NCBI GenBank assembly: GCA_037445735.1
Contig: JBBIJY010000030.1
Location: 1 to 28,692 of the forward strand
Direction of reading: 5' to 3'
Source: Armatimonadota bacterium
GTDB taxonomy: Bacteria > Armatimonadota > Fimbriimonadia > Fimbriimonadales > GBS-DC
DNA length: 28,692 bases
Positions 18,107 through 27,929 of this stretch are shown here, piece after piece. Made by a program: the position numbers and the translations under genes. The notes beneath the pieces are model-generated. The model made no database searches. It saw nothing but the letters and a program-made list of their open reading frames with translations, and was not told where the DNA came from. Numbering within the stretch: the first letter of the stretch is position 1; every line of letters starts with the position of its first letter.

Positions 18107-20155
18107 TCAGCGTGTGGAGGCGGGTTGCTGGCGGGCGAGGCGCAGGATTTCGTTCAGGCGGGGGTCCTGCCAGCCGTACTCGATCAGCTCGCGGGCGAGC
18201 CGCTCGGCTTCCTGCGGGCGCCCCTTGGCAATCAGCAGTCTGCCGCGCACGTAGGCGAGCGCCAGGCGGTCGCCCCCCAGCTGCTCCGCACGCCGATAGA
18301 GCTGCTCGGCAACATCCAGCTCGCCCCGCTCGATATTGACCAGCACACCTGCCAGCCACACGCCCGGACGGCTCAAATCTTTCAGCAGCTGTTCGGGCAG
18401 GCTGTCGCCCGGCAGCGGCAACGCCTGGAATGCCTGCTTCAGCACTGGCTCCGCTTTATCGGGGCGACCCTGCTTGAGATAGAGGATGCCCAGCGCCTGA
18501 TAGCCCATAAACAGCGGGGGACGACCGATTACGTGCTGGCGCACGATGCGCTCCGCCTCCACGAACTCGCCCCGCTCGCCCAGCATAATCGCCAGATTGT
18601 TCCAGCCAATCACATTCGCTGGCTCGATCTCGGTCGCCCTGCGAAAGTGCTGCTCGGCTTCACTGGCATGTCCCAGCTTGAGCAGGGCGACGCCCTTGTT
18701 GACCCAGCCCATGCCCGAATCGGGCGCGAGCTGGATTGCCCGCTCCGCCGCTTTGAGCGCGTCCTCATGCCGCCCCAGCTTATTATACATATCGGCGAGG
18801 TTGGAAAAGCCAATCGGTGAACGCGGCGACGCGCGGGTCATCCACTCCCACAGCGTCAGGTTCTCCTTCCAGTTCGGCATGTTCAGAGCGACGGTTATCA
18901 GCGACGCGCCGAGCCACACCGATGTGCCCAGCATCAGCAGTCGCTGCCCGCTCAATCCCTTCTGGAGCCAGGCTGTCGCCCGGCGATTCAGCGCGGATTG
19001 GTGCACCCACGCGACCGACAGAGCCGCCTGGCACGCCGTCAGCACAAACAGCGTTAGCGGGAAGGTCAGGAACCGCTCCGCCGTGTAGATGCCCTTCGCC
19101 ATCTCCAGCGGGCGCAGGTTCAGCACAGGCAGAAGGCTGATCATGCTCGCCATCAGCAGCCAGCCGACCGCTGGCGCCCGCCGAATCAGCCACACCGCCC
19201 CGACTAAACAGGCAACCATGAAGCCCAGCTGCAGCCATGCCAGCCCGTCATTCAGCGGCACGGGCAACGCCGAATGATGGGCCGGGCGGATGCTGAAAAA
19301 CGGGAACACCACCAGCCCGATCAGCGTCGCGAAGGTGCGCCCGATCAGCAGCAGATGTTGAAGCGGAGTGCCGACCTCCATTCGCGCTTCCGACATGGGC
19401 GGCTGATGCAGATAGCCCAGCGCGGCATAGCGCATGCCCAGATAGACCACGCCCGCCATCAGAATTATCCCATAGGTGCGCCCTTCCGCCTGAAAAATCT
19501 GTCGAACCCGCTCGCGCCAGGTGAGATCGGGCTGGGTCCGATAGCTGTGCGCGAGGTGCCACGCGGGCAGCAACAGGGGCAGCACGACTGCCATCTCCTT
19601 GCACAGCGCCGCCAGCAAAAAGCACAGTCCCACGCCCAGCCGATGCCAGCGTCCCGTGCCCATGCTGATAATCAACGCGAGCAGGAGAAAGGTGGTGACC
19701 GTCAGGTCGTAGCGCGAGGCGATGAAGGCGACGCTTTCCGTCATGGCAGGATGCAAGCCGTAGAGCAGCCCTGCGAGCGCGGTGCCCCAGCCGTGCCGCC
19801 ACAGCCGCCATGCCAGCACCATCACCAGCGCGGTGTTCAGCGCATGCAGCAGCCCATTCGCCCCATGGAACGGCGCAGGGTTCGCCTTCCAGAGCCAGAT
19901 TTGCACCAGCAGGGTGCTGAGCGCGAGCGGGCGAAAATAGTTCGGCGAGAAATCGAGCGGCTGGCGCACCGCTTCCAGCCAGCGGCGCGGGTCGTGATAG
20001 TCCGCCCTGCCGAACAGCACCTGCTCGTCGTCCCACACGAAGCTGAAGCCTGCCGTCGGCACATAAATCAGCAGTGCAAGCAACGGCACCGCCGCCCATA
20101 CCGCCCACATCCAGCCCACACCAGCCCCGCGAATGGCTCGATTGCGTGTCCCCAT
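18107..20155 (-). CDS. TMTC-like GT-C fold membrane glycosyltransferase with C-terminal TPRs
   Basis: F.WDD, YFRPL, FH..N.LLH, HP..TESV.FI..R.D, KE.A and ERF motifs, many TM helices, TPR repeats in the last third. Confidence 0.85.
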   Translation of the reverse strand: MGTRNRAIRGAGVGWMWAVWAAVPLLALLIYVPTAGFSFVWDDEQVLFGRADYHDPRRWLEAVRQPLDFSPNYFRPLALSTLLVQIWLWKANPAPFHGANGLLHALNTALVMVLAWRLWRHGWGTALAGLLYGLHPAMTESVAFIASRYDLTVTTFLLLALIISMGTGRWHRLGVGLCFLLAALCKEMAVVLPLLLPAWHLAHSYRTQPDLTWRERVRQIFQAEGRTYGIILMAGVVYLGMRYAALGYLHQPPMSEARMEVGTPLQHLLLIGRTFATLIGLVVFPFFSIRPAHHSALPVPLNDGLAWLQLGFMVACLVGAVWLIRRAPAVGWLLMASMISLLPVLNLRPLEMAKGIYTAERFLTFPLTLFVLTACQAALSVAWVHQSALNRRATAWLQKGLSGQRLLMLGTSVWLGASLITVALNMPNWKENLTLWEWMTRASPRSPIGFSNLADMYNKLGRHEDALKAAERAIQLAPDSGMGWVNKGVALLKLGHASEAEQHFRRATEIEPANVIGWNNLAIMLGERGEFVEAERIVRQHVIGRPPLFMGYQALGILYLKQGRPDKAEPVLKQAFQALPLPGDSLPEQLLKDLSRPGVWLAGVLVNIERGELDVAEQLYRRAEQLGGDRLALAYVRGRLLIAKGRPQEAERLARELIEYGWQDPRLNEILRLARQQPASTR

Positions 20156-20389
20156 CAGTTCCTGGTGGCTATCATTCCCGCTCCATCTGCCACCTCCTGC
20201 CGAAGAACAGGCAGGAATCTGCCTCCACAGGGAGAATCGGTTGCATCAGGAGGTGAGCGTAGAGGAAGCGCCATACGAATGGACGCCTCTGTTGCTTGCC
20301 GGCTGAATTTTGAGCGCGAGTGGCGCAGCGAATAGAAGCGGGGTATGCCCGCGTGCAATGAGGCGCAACGGGCGTCAAGGGTTTTAACG

Positions 20390-20442
20390 AAAAACAGTTT
20401 CTGATGGTAGCCAGTGAAGGCGCGGGCTACCAGCCTGTTTTT
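20390..20442. terminator. Possible bidirectional terminator hairpin
   Basis: AAAAACAG..TGGTAGCC-N12-GGCTACCA..CTGTTTTT. Confidence 0.4.
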
Positions 20443-20501
20443 GCGTCTTCTGCAACCTCCTTCCTCCTTTTGAACTCAAATCCTCGCTTGCAGTGCCCCC
20501 C

Positions 20502-20530
20502 TTGACAAACGCGCCCGGATGTGCTATATT
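20502..20530 (+). promoter_or_regulatory. Near-consensus sigma70 promoter of the toxin operon
   Basis: TTGACA, 17 bp spacer ending TGC, then TATATT (extended -10). Confidence 0.8.
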
Positions 20531-20577
20531 TAAGAGCAGGTAAAACGACCAGGCACAACCAGAGGCGGAGGCGAACG

Positions 20578-22421
20578 ATGTTCGGGAAAGGCAACACAGG
20601 GATTGCAGGAAACCACCCTCACCGCCGTAATTGTGCGGGGGGGGGAACTATAGTTCGAGCGACCGACTGACCGCGATTCGACGCCGATGCTGCCCGGCGC
20701 TGGCACGGGTTGTTCTGCTGTTTCTGGGCATTACGGCGGGATATGTATCGCTTCAAGCGCAGTCCAACAACAATTTGCAAGTCGCAATTGGACACAACCG
20801 GCTGGTGCTTTTAAATGCTGTTCCCAGTGGCTATGGCTACTTTGAAGTGCCGGACACGGTTTCCTCGCAGGAATTGGGTTTGGAGTATGAATGCCCATCA
20901 CCTCAGGAAGGTCAACCACCTTACTCTCCTGCCTGCGAATATTACCCGATACCGCTTTTCCCTTACCATCGCATCATTATGTGGGTAAATGACGATTCGG
21001 GCTGGCAGCCAGCTACTATAATAAGAGATGGAAACGTTATACGCGTCAACACATGGCAGCGCTTGCAACTACCAGGTAATCATGACACTGTAAGTTTTTC
21101 ACTTCCGGGTGAGACTGAAGAGCGTACCTATCGGGTCTATCTGGGAGACTGGATTCCGACACAGGAGCCGGGGCATCTTGTATTTGTGCCGTACCCGTAC
21201 CCATCCGACAACGCGCCTTCCGCATGGGAAGGGGATACAAAAACAGAAAGAGACTTGATAGTGATTGTGGATGCATACGGCTATTACTGGCAGTTGTGTT
21301 CTCGCAACTGGATTCCACCAGGCGAGACTGAGACTCCACCAGAAGGCGAAACTGCGTGGACGAATGAATATCTCTGCGATTATTCGTGGCAGTGCCCAAC
21401 CTGTTGTCCAGATAATCCGCCCTGCTGGACCAGGCGTGATGGCTGGACAGGTAAGCCCGATTTCAATGGCTCGTATGGTTTCCCGCATCTATGTGGCTGG
21501 TTCCAGTTGGTCTGTAAAAGGTGGGCAGGGGAATATTATTTTTGCCGTAGCAAATGGAAGTTTGTATGTGTTGGCGGGCGCGATCTTCGTCATCCAAGGG
21601 CGCATGTTCTTTTCAGAGGCAAAGTGACCTCGTTGCCCATCAGTGCAGGGATTCCCGAGTCGGCGGATGCGGCGGTGGATAGCCGTCCTGTGTGCCCTGA
21701 GCCGCAGGCGCCACCCACTTTTGCAAAGTTTGGGCGCTATGCCTATCTGGGCGGGCTGTTCGTGGGGCAGGTGCCATGGTTTTATGGCAACCGCTATGAT
21801 TGGCAAACCTCGCCCGATCTGTCGGGCACGGGACGTACCCTGCTGAAGTTTTACAATTACACTGTCTCTCCCGATAATTCCCGTAATTCCACCAACTTTC
21901 CCACCTCTGTATTTGCAGCTTGCCTTTCGCTGGCTTACACCGGCACGCCGCAGGGCGTTGCCGCCAGCAGCCCCTCTCCAAAACAGATTGGCGTGGTCGC
22001 TGTGCCCCGCAGCGACTGGGACGAAAACAGCGTCAGCTGGCAGTTTCTGCAAGAGAATAACCTTGCCGGAGCATTCACGAACACCCAGTGGGTGGGCTGG
22101 ATAGGCTGGACGGTGAACCTCAACGAGTTGCTCGCTCCTCTTCCTCCTGAAAATGCTCTGGACGATCAGGGTCAGATTGTCATCCGCTCGGAGCGCGACT
22201 GGGAGCGCAGCTGGCAGCAAATCAAGCGGGTGGTAATCCCTTTGAACAGGTGGCCAGTCCAGGACAACTCTCCATTCCTCTCGTTGCTGCTGGCGCTCTA
22301 TCCGGAAGTAGAGTTTGGTCGCGACCTCTCGTCGTATGTCTGGTACTACTTCTTCGGTAAAGATTATCCAGCGACTAATGGGCGCACCTGTCCGCGCCTG
22401 TGGTATGTCTGGCAACAATAA
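20578..22421 (+). CDS. Secreted Cys-rich protein with C-terminal DNRLRE-like domain, out of frame at a G9 tract
   Basis: GGAGG-N6-ATG 20578 stops at 20670 with G9 but would join the 596 aa ORF with G10 or G7. Signal-like RVVLLFLGITAGYVSLQA, and GRTLLKF...ACLSL...WDENSVSW resembles DNRLRE. Confidence 0.75.
20637..20645 (+). repeat. Poly-G (G9) simple sequence tract
   Basis: TGTGC-GGGGGGGGG-AACTAT. Confidence 0.9.
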
Positions 22422-22434
22422 CAGGAGGTGGGTC

Positions 22435-23472
22435 ATGAAGCGGCTTCTTTCGGGACGGCACAAGTTGGTCTGGTGGCTGGCGAGCTTCCTGACGGCTTGC
22501 CTGATGCTGGCAGGCGTCGCATGGTGGCTGCAGCGGGCGTCGCGCCCGCACACTCGCCCGACTCACATCGTGCGCCCTGCGCCTGCCCTGCCGCCCGCTC
22601 TGCAGGAGCCGCTGACCCGCGCTGCGACAGCGCCACCCCAGCAGGCAATCGAACTCTACCGCCAGATTGCTCGCCGTAAGCCTGCGAACGCCACTGAAAA
22701 ATATGCTGTCGGCTACGCCCACTACCAGATTGGTAAGCTCTACGCTCAGCAGAAAAAGTTTCGAGCTGCCCGGCAGGCGTTCCAGCAGCTGGCGGAACAG
22801 CGGATTGCTGTGCCCGCCCTGCCCCTGGACCCCAGCTTCGGCACCTGGAGCGAGCAGGGCGCGTATCAGGCAGCTATCTGTGCTTATCAGATTAACCGTG
22901 AAGAAGGCATCCGCCAGATGATTGCGTTTATTGAGCAGCACCCTGAAAGCCCGCTGGTGTATGGTGCCTATAAGCGCATTCTGCGCTGGACGAACGAGAA
23001 GCCACCCGCAGCCGCAGAGCGCGCGTGGCAAAAGGCGCAGGCAGCCCAGACAGAACGGCTCAAGCGCGCCGCCGCCTGCGGACCCAAAGCGCTCGCCTAT
23101 CTCCTGACCCACGAGTTTAGCCAGCCAACCGACTGGCAAACGCTGATGAAAGAGTGCGACACGGACATCGGCGGCACCTCCATGTGGGCACTGGCGCAGG
23201 CAGCCCGCAAGCGCGGACTGAGCGCCATAGGGCTGGAGGTCTCCCGCAAAGGGCTGCTGCAACAGGAGCCACCGTTTCTGGTGTGGAACCCCATCGGGCA
23301 CTACGTCGCGGTCATTGCCAGAGACGGCAACTGGCAGATGTATGATCCCGAAACGAATTCGCTCCAGCCGTGGCTGGAGGCGAGCCTCCCCGATGATTGG
23401 CGTGGAGCGATTTTACTGATACGCTCACGAGCAACACAGTACGCACAGCAGAACGGAGGTACAGAGCGATGA
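22435..23472 (+). CDS. Membrane-anchored TPR protein with C-terminal C39-family cysteine peptidase domain
   Basis: AGGAGGT RBS, N-terminal TM, TPR-like helices (AHYQIGKLY), CGPKAL...GTSMWALAQAARKRGL...HYVAV...YDP giving a Cys-His-Asp triad. Confidence 0.85.
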   Translation: MKRLLSGRHKLVWWLASFLTACLMLAGVAWWLQRASRPHTRPTHIVRPAPALPPALQEPLTRAATAPPQQAIELYRQIARRKPANATEKYAVGYAHYQIGKLYAQQKKFRAARQAFQQLAEQRIAVPALPLDPSFGTWSEQGAYQAAICAYQINREEGIRQMIAFIEQHPESPLVYGAYKRILRWTNEKPPAAAERAWQKAQAAQTERLKRAAACGPKALAYLLTHEFSQPTDWQTLMKECDTDIGGTSMWALAQAARKRGLSAIGLEVSRKGLLQQEPPFLVWNPIGHYVAVIARDGNWQMYDPETNSLQPWLEASLPDDWRGAILLIRSRATQYAQQNGGTER

Positions 23473-26400
23473 CACACAGGCAGCGTGAGATTCGGTATCG
23501 CTGGTTCCGACGCATCGGCTGGATGGGCATTCTGGCGCTGGGCATTCAGACCGCGGCGCCAGCGGCGGAAGCGGGCGTTCGCACCGTCGAACGCGCCTAT
23601 CGTCGCTATCAGGCACAGCGTGCGAACCGCCCGGAGGCGCCACCCGATGTGCGCGTGCTGCGCAAGAGCGAGATGCTCCACCTCAAAGGGCGCGGACGCA
23701 TCCCCAGCCTTGCAGGGCAAGCCAAGTGGGATATTATCGATAACGGCGTGAATCTGCGCACGCGCAACTACACCTACACCGCCACCGATCTCACCCTGCC
23801 AGGCGCGATTGGCATCCCCGTGAGCGTGGTGCGCACCTGGAACGCCAACGACGACCGTGAAGGACCCTTCGGCATCGGCTGGAGCTGGAGCCTCGATGTG
23901 CGTCAGGCAGCGGGCGGGCTGATCAAGCGCAAAGCCGCCCCCAGCCGCACCGTGCCCGCTCAGATCAACAACGGGCGGAACATGCCCGTGGCTAAGATAA
24001 CGGCTGGAAGTGGCGGTCCTTCTGTTCAGGTGTTTACCGTAGACGGCGCCCAGTGTCAGGACGCCAGCGGCGACCAGTGGATTGCCTGGCGCGACGCCGA
24101 CGGGCTGTACACACCACCCCCATGGGACCACAACGAATACGAAAGCACCTACCAGTCGGTTCGTATGGGCAGTGGAGAGAACCAGTACCTGCGGGAGTAC
24201 GCCGTAAGCACAAAAATCACCACACCTGACGGTACGGTCTACTTCTATGAAACAGTGCCACAACCAGACGGCTCACTTGTGGTGACAGACAGCAACGGCA
24301 ACGAGGTTTATGCCGAGCAGGTGCTGAAATGGGTGGAGGACCGGCACGGTAACCGCACGACCTACACATATCAACAGGCGGAGGTTCTACATACATACGA
24401 CACTTCCTCTGGCGAGCGTGCGAGCCGATGGGTCTGGAAACCCTTCGTCCAGCAGGTGACCAACGCCTGTAACTACAGCCTGGTTGTTCAGTGGAACTTT
24501 GCGCCTGGCGCTCGGCAGGTGTTCCATCCGCGTGTTCGGCAGGTCAGCAGTTATGCGCCAGACGGCGCACTGCTGGAAACGATTGAGTATGTTTACCCTG
24601 ATGAGTCCCGATCGGTGCGACAAGTATGGCGTCATCGCGAGGGTGCAAGTCGCCTGCTTGCGGCGTATGAATACACCAGCTGGCGCGTTCGCGATGAATA
24701 TTGTTCCTACCTGCCCCCAGGGTATAGCTGCATTGAAACTGATTTGCTCAGCGAAATTCGTGATGCTGATGGAGTAAAGACTCAAATTTTGTATAACTCT
24801 GAGATACCTGACAATCAGGATAGACACTGGTACCGTGTAGCGGTCTCTTCTCTTGCTTTGCCAAGTGGAGAAATTCGAAACTACCTAGACCTTCTGGCGA
24901 TTGAGCCTTTTACACCTGAAGAAATGCTTGGTTGTGTTGTTCAAGTTTACTACAATGCTGATGGTTCATGTATAGAGCGTAAGATATTATACGAACAGTA
25001 TGGAATGGATTTTGGGGATCCGATAGATGGTAGCTTTGCTATGCGTGTTCAGTTGGTCGGTTCTATTCTTCCTACCTTTGCCCCAGATTCTCCCTACCAA
25101 ATCACAGAAACTCGTATATATGGTGGTATCACACAAAACTTGAGAGTAAGCATCAAAGGAGATTTGTTTGCTTGGTTAATACGATCTTCCATAGCTTGTG
25201 GAATAGCAGAATTTGATCACTACTTCAGATTATTATCTCCAATTTTGGATAGATTCACTGACGAAGACCGTCGTTCAGCATATGTATTCGATCGCCTTTC
25301 TGCTCGTGTTCCTCTCGTCCAAAACACATACCTTGATTATAATTGTTTCGGTCAGCCACTTAGAGTGATACAAAGCCGTCAAGAATGGATTAATCGAGGC
25401 AATGGGTATTGGCAGCTGCTCACTGAGACACTCACCATCCAGCAAACCGAATATTATGGCAAGGAGTTCTACTATCAGAAAGCGTGGGAGAAGGACGCGA
25501 AGGGACGCACTATGCGCTATTTCTACCACAGCCGCAACGCCCCGCAAGGCTACAAGGGGCAGCTGCAAGCGGTCTATATGGACAGCATTTCAACTACCTA
25601 TCCTGTGTCTGAAGTGCTGGAATACAATCAGAACGGTCAGCCTGTGCTCTCTCGCTCCTTGCAACGGCTCAACCCGCTCCGTTATGTCTATACCAGAACC
25701 TTCTACACCGATAACGAGGGCGAAGGCGACGATGCAACGGGTCAGCCGCAAAAAGTGATTGAAGACTATCGCTATTCGGGCGACACCAGCGCTGCTGCTG
25801 GTATCAACCGTATCAGCACCACTCGCTACGATCAATATGGGCGCCCAATCTATCAGTCTGTCTACGCGCCTGACTCCAGCAGCAACGAGTACGCCAATCC
25901 CAGCCGACTTGTCCGTCGCCTGCACACTGTGTACGAAGAGGGCAGCGATCAGGTGGCGCTGGTAGAACGGGTCAACGCCAGCAACCAGCCCATCCAGCAA
26001 CTGGCTGCCTACACCTATACACCTGCTGGACGCCTGCTCAGCGCTACTGACTACCTTTCGCAAGTGTCTAATCATCTGACTTATGATTCTGCAGGACGCG
26101 TGCAAGCCAGCGAGGAATACTGGCAAAACCAGCTCCGCTACCGATGGGACTATGCTTACACAGGCGCCGACCTGACCAGTAAACAGCTCACAATTTACAC
26201 AGGCAATCAAAGTCAGGTCTGGCGCTGGCACTACAGGAACTATATCACAGGCTCATTTCACCCGTGGAGCCGCGTTTTTACACGCGTGATAATGGAACCG
26301 CCCGCCAACATCTCCGTCCCAGTACCCCTGGTGGTCGATTATGTGTACGATCCGACCGATAAGCTGCGGGGCGTACGCTTCAATGTGACGCCGAATCCTG

Positions 26401-27929
26401 CCCGCGGGGTTCAGGAGCTGCTGGATGAGCCGATGAGCGAGCAGGCTCCCCAGGCGTATGTGTTTGCCTGGTACGTTTATGATTCCCTCGGACGGCTCAA
26501 CGACCTGCGCTACTACAAAGCAGAATGCACTGCCTCCGACCCTAACAATTGCAACGAACAAACTAACTACACATACCAGCCCCTGATGCGCTTTGAGTAT
26601 TTCCAGCGTGATGCGAACTACACCCCTGCTTATGATGCCACGAACAACCGCTTGCTGATGCGCGCTTATGACTATCCCGATTTCAATACGCCGCAGCTGG
26701 TTCGCACCGAGCAGTATGAATATGACGCACTGGATCGGCTTGCTGGGGTCTCCTATAATGGAGGGGCATGGCAAAGGTGGACCTACGATGTAATGGGCAA
26801 CCGTTATGGTGCAGGCAACCCTGCCTATGACGGTTTGAACCGTCTTACACAGTTCGGCAACGCCCCTATCCAGCACGACCTGCTCGGCAACCGCTTGCAG
26901 GACGGCAGGTATCGCTATCAGTGGGACGCCCTGAACCGCCTGATAAGCATGCAAACCTACCAGCAGAGCGGACGCTTTGTGGTGATAGGCGACAGCTGGC
27001 GGTTTGCCTATCGCGCCGACGGCTTGCGGGTGGTCAAAGAGAAGGTGTCGCAGGCAGTGGGTCTGGAGGGTTCGGCAGGAGGTTCGTCGCGGGTGGAGTA
27101 TCTGTATGATGGGCAGATGCCCGTGTGTGAGCAGGAGTTTGTCGGCAGCACTTTGCGCACGAGTCGGGTAAACTTTCTGGGAGCGCGAGGGATAGAGGCA
27201 GTGCTGGCGATAGACCATACGCGGGGTAATCAGGCGCGTTTGAGCTGGTTGCTGTACGATGGGCACGGCAACCTGGTGCGCACGATGGCGTCAGATTACA
27301 CGCTGTCTGGGTTCCAGTGGCGTGGGGTATGGGGCGAGGTGCAGAGTTCGCTGGGTGCTGGCAGGGGCTATTGCGCCAATCTGGGTCATTTGGAGGATGA
27401 GACGGGGCTGGTCTATATGCGAGCGCGATATTATGAGCCTTTGACAGGTCGGTTCATCTCGGAAGACCCTGCGCGGGATGGTGTGAACTGGTATCTCTAT
27501 GCCGATGGGAATCCGGTCAATAGAATTGATTATGATGGAAAGGCTGCTTGGCTTGAGAGCTTTATCAACTGGCTCACTGGTATTTTAGAGAGAGCAGGTC
27601 AATATGCAGTTGCGCCACTCTTGGAAAAAGTTCTGAAGATTCCTAAAATACTCGCAGGTCCAGAAATTTTAGCTGATTTCGTTTTTGGGGTCGCTTGCAG
27701 TCTGGAGAAAATAGCGCGTTCGCTGATACGAGGAGGTCTAACGCATATTGCGGAAGCCTCTGTCTGGCTAAGGGCAGGGATGGCTGGTGGATCACTGGGG
27801 CAAATGGCTCTGGGGAGTTATATGGGGGCGCGTTCTCTTATAGGAGGTGCCCTAGAAGTGGCGGCAGGAATTGCGCTTCTGTCGCTTGCGTATTTCCTTG
27901 CAGGAACAGCTTATGGGCTGGCAGAGTAG
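23469..27929 (+). CDS. Rhs/YD-repeat polymorphic toxin with Sec signal peptide
   Basis: GGAGGT RBS and ATGA overlap with the upstream stop. Signal peptide ending AAEA, DUF6531-like GVNLRT..DL.LPG..RTWN..GPFGIGWS, YD repeats, core YMRARYYEP.TGRFISEDP...NPVNRIDYDG. Confidence 0.95.
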   Translation: MTHRQREIRYRWFRRIGWMGILALGIQTAAPAAEAGVRTVERAYRRYQAQRANRPEAPPDVRVLRKSEMLHLKGRGRIPSLAGQAKWDIIDNGVNLRTRNYTYTATDLTLPGAIGIPVSVVRTWNANDDREGPFGIGWSWSLDVRQAAGGLIKRKAAPSRTVPAQINNGRNMPVAKITAGSGGPSVQVFTVDGAQCQDASGDQWIAWRDADGLYTPPPWDHNEYESTYQSVRMGSGENQYLREYAVSTKITTPDGTVYFYETVPQPDGSLVVTDSNGNEVYAEQVLKWVEDRHGNRTTYTYQQAEVLHTYDTSSGERASRWVWKPFVQQVTNACNYSLVVQWNFAPGARQVFHPRVRQVSSYAPDGALLETIEYVYPDESRSVRQVWRHREGASRLLAAYEYTSWRVRDEYCSYLPPGYSCIETDLLSEIRDADGVKTQILYNSEIPDNQDRHWYRVAVSSLALPSGEIRNYLDLLAIEPFTPEEMLGCVVQVYYNADGSCIERKILYEQYGMDFGDPIDGSFAMRVQLVGSILPTFAPDSPYQITETRIYGGITQNLRVSIKGDLFAWLIRSSIACGIAEFDHYFRLLSPILDRFTDEDRRSAYVFDRLSARVPLVQNTYLDYNCFGQPLRVIQSRQEWINRGNGYWQLLTETLTIQQTEYYGKEFYYQKAWEKDAKGRTMRYFYHSRNAPQGYKGQLQAVYMDSISTTYPVSEVLEYNQNGQPVLSRSLQRLNPLRYVYTRTFYTDNEGEGDDATGQPQKVIEDYRYSGDTSAAAGINRISTTRYDQYGRPIYQSVYAPDSSSNEYANPSRLVRRLHTVYEEGSDQVALVERVNASNQPIQQLAAYTYTPAGRLLSATDYLSQVSNHLTYDSAGRVQASEEYWQNQLRYRWDYAYTGADLTSKQLTIYTGNQSQVWRWHYRNYITGSFHPWSRVFTRVIMEPPANISVPVPLVVDYVYDPTDKLRGVRFNVTPNPARGVQELLDEPMSEQAPQAYVFAWYVYDSLGRLNDLRYYKAECTASDPNNCNEQTNYTYQPLMRFEYFQRDANYTPAYDATNNRLLMRAYDYPDFNTPQLVRTEQYEYDALDRLAGVSYNGGAWQRWTYDVMGNRYGAGNPAYDGLNRLTQFGNAPIQHDLLGNRLQDGRYRYQWDALNRLISMQTYQQSGRFVVIGDSWRFAYRADGLRVVKEKVSQAVGLEGSAGGSSRVEYLYDGQMPVCEQEFVGSTLRTSRVNFLGARGIEAVLAIDHTRGNQARLSWLLYDGHGNLVRTMASDYTLSGFQWRGVWGEVQSSLGAGRGYCANLGHLEDETGLVYMRARYYEPLTGRFISEDPARDGVNWYLYADGNPVNRIDYDGKAAWLESFINWLTGILERAGQYAVAPLLEKVLKIPKILAGPEILADFVFGVACSLEKIARSLIRGGLTHIAEASVWLRAGMAGGSLGQMALGSYMGARSLIGGALEVAAGIALLSLAYFLAGTAYGLAE

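Noticed and set aside
20172-20198. AGGAGGT followed by a 4-codon ORF (MERE) upstream of the TMTC-like gene
   Set aside because: Could be chance or a remnant start, and nothing else supports a regulatory uORF.
23397-23468. Upstream starts given by the ORF track for Rhs (23397), C39 gene (22315), pepF (9443) and cyclase (13019)
   Set aside because: They overlap neighbouring genes, and downstream starts have clear RBS and sensible N-termini.
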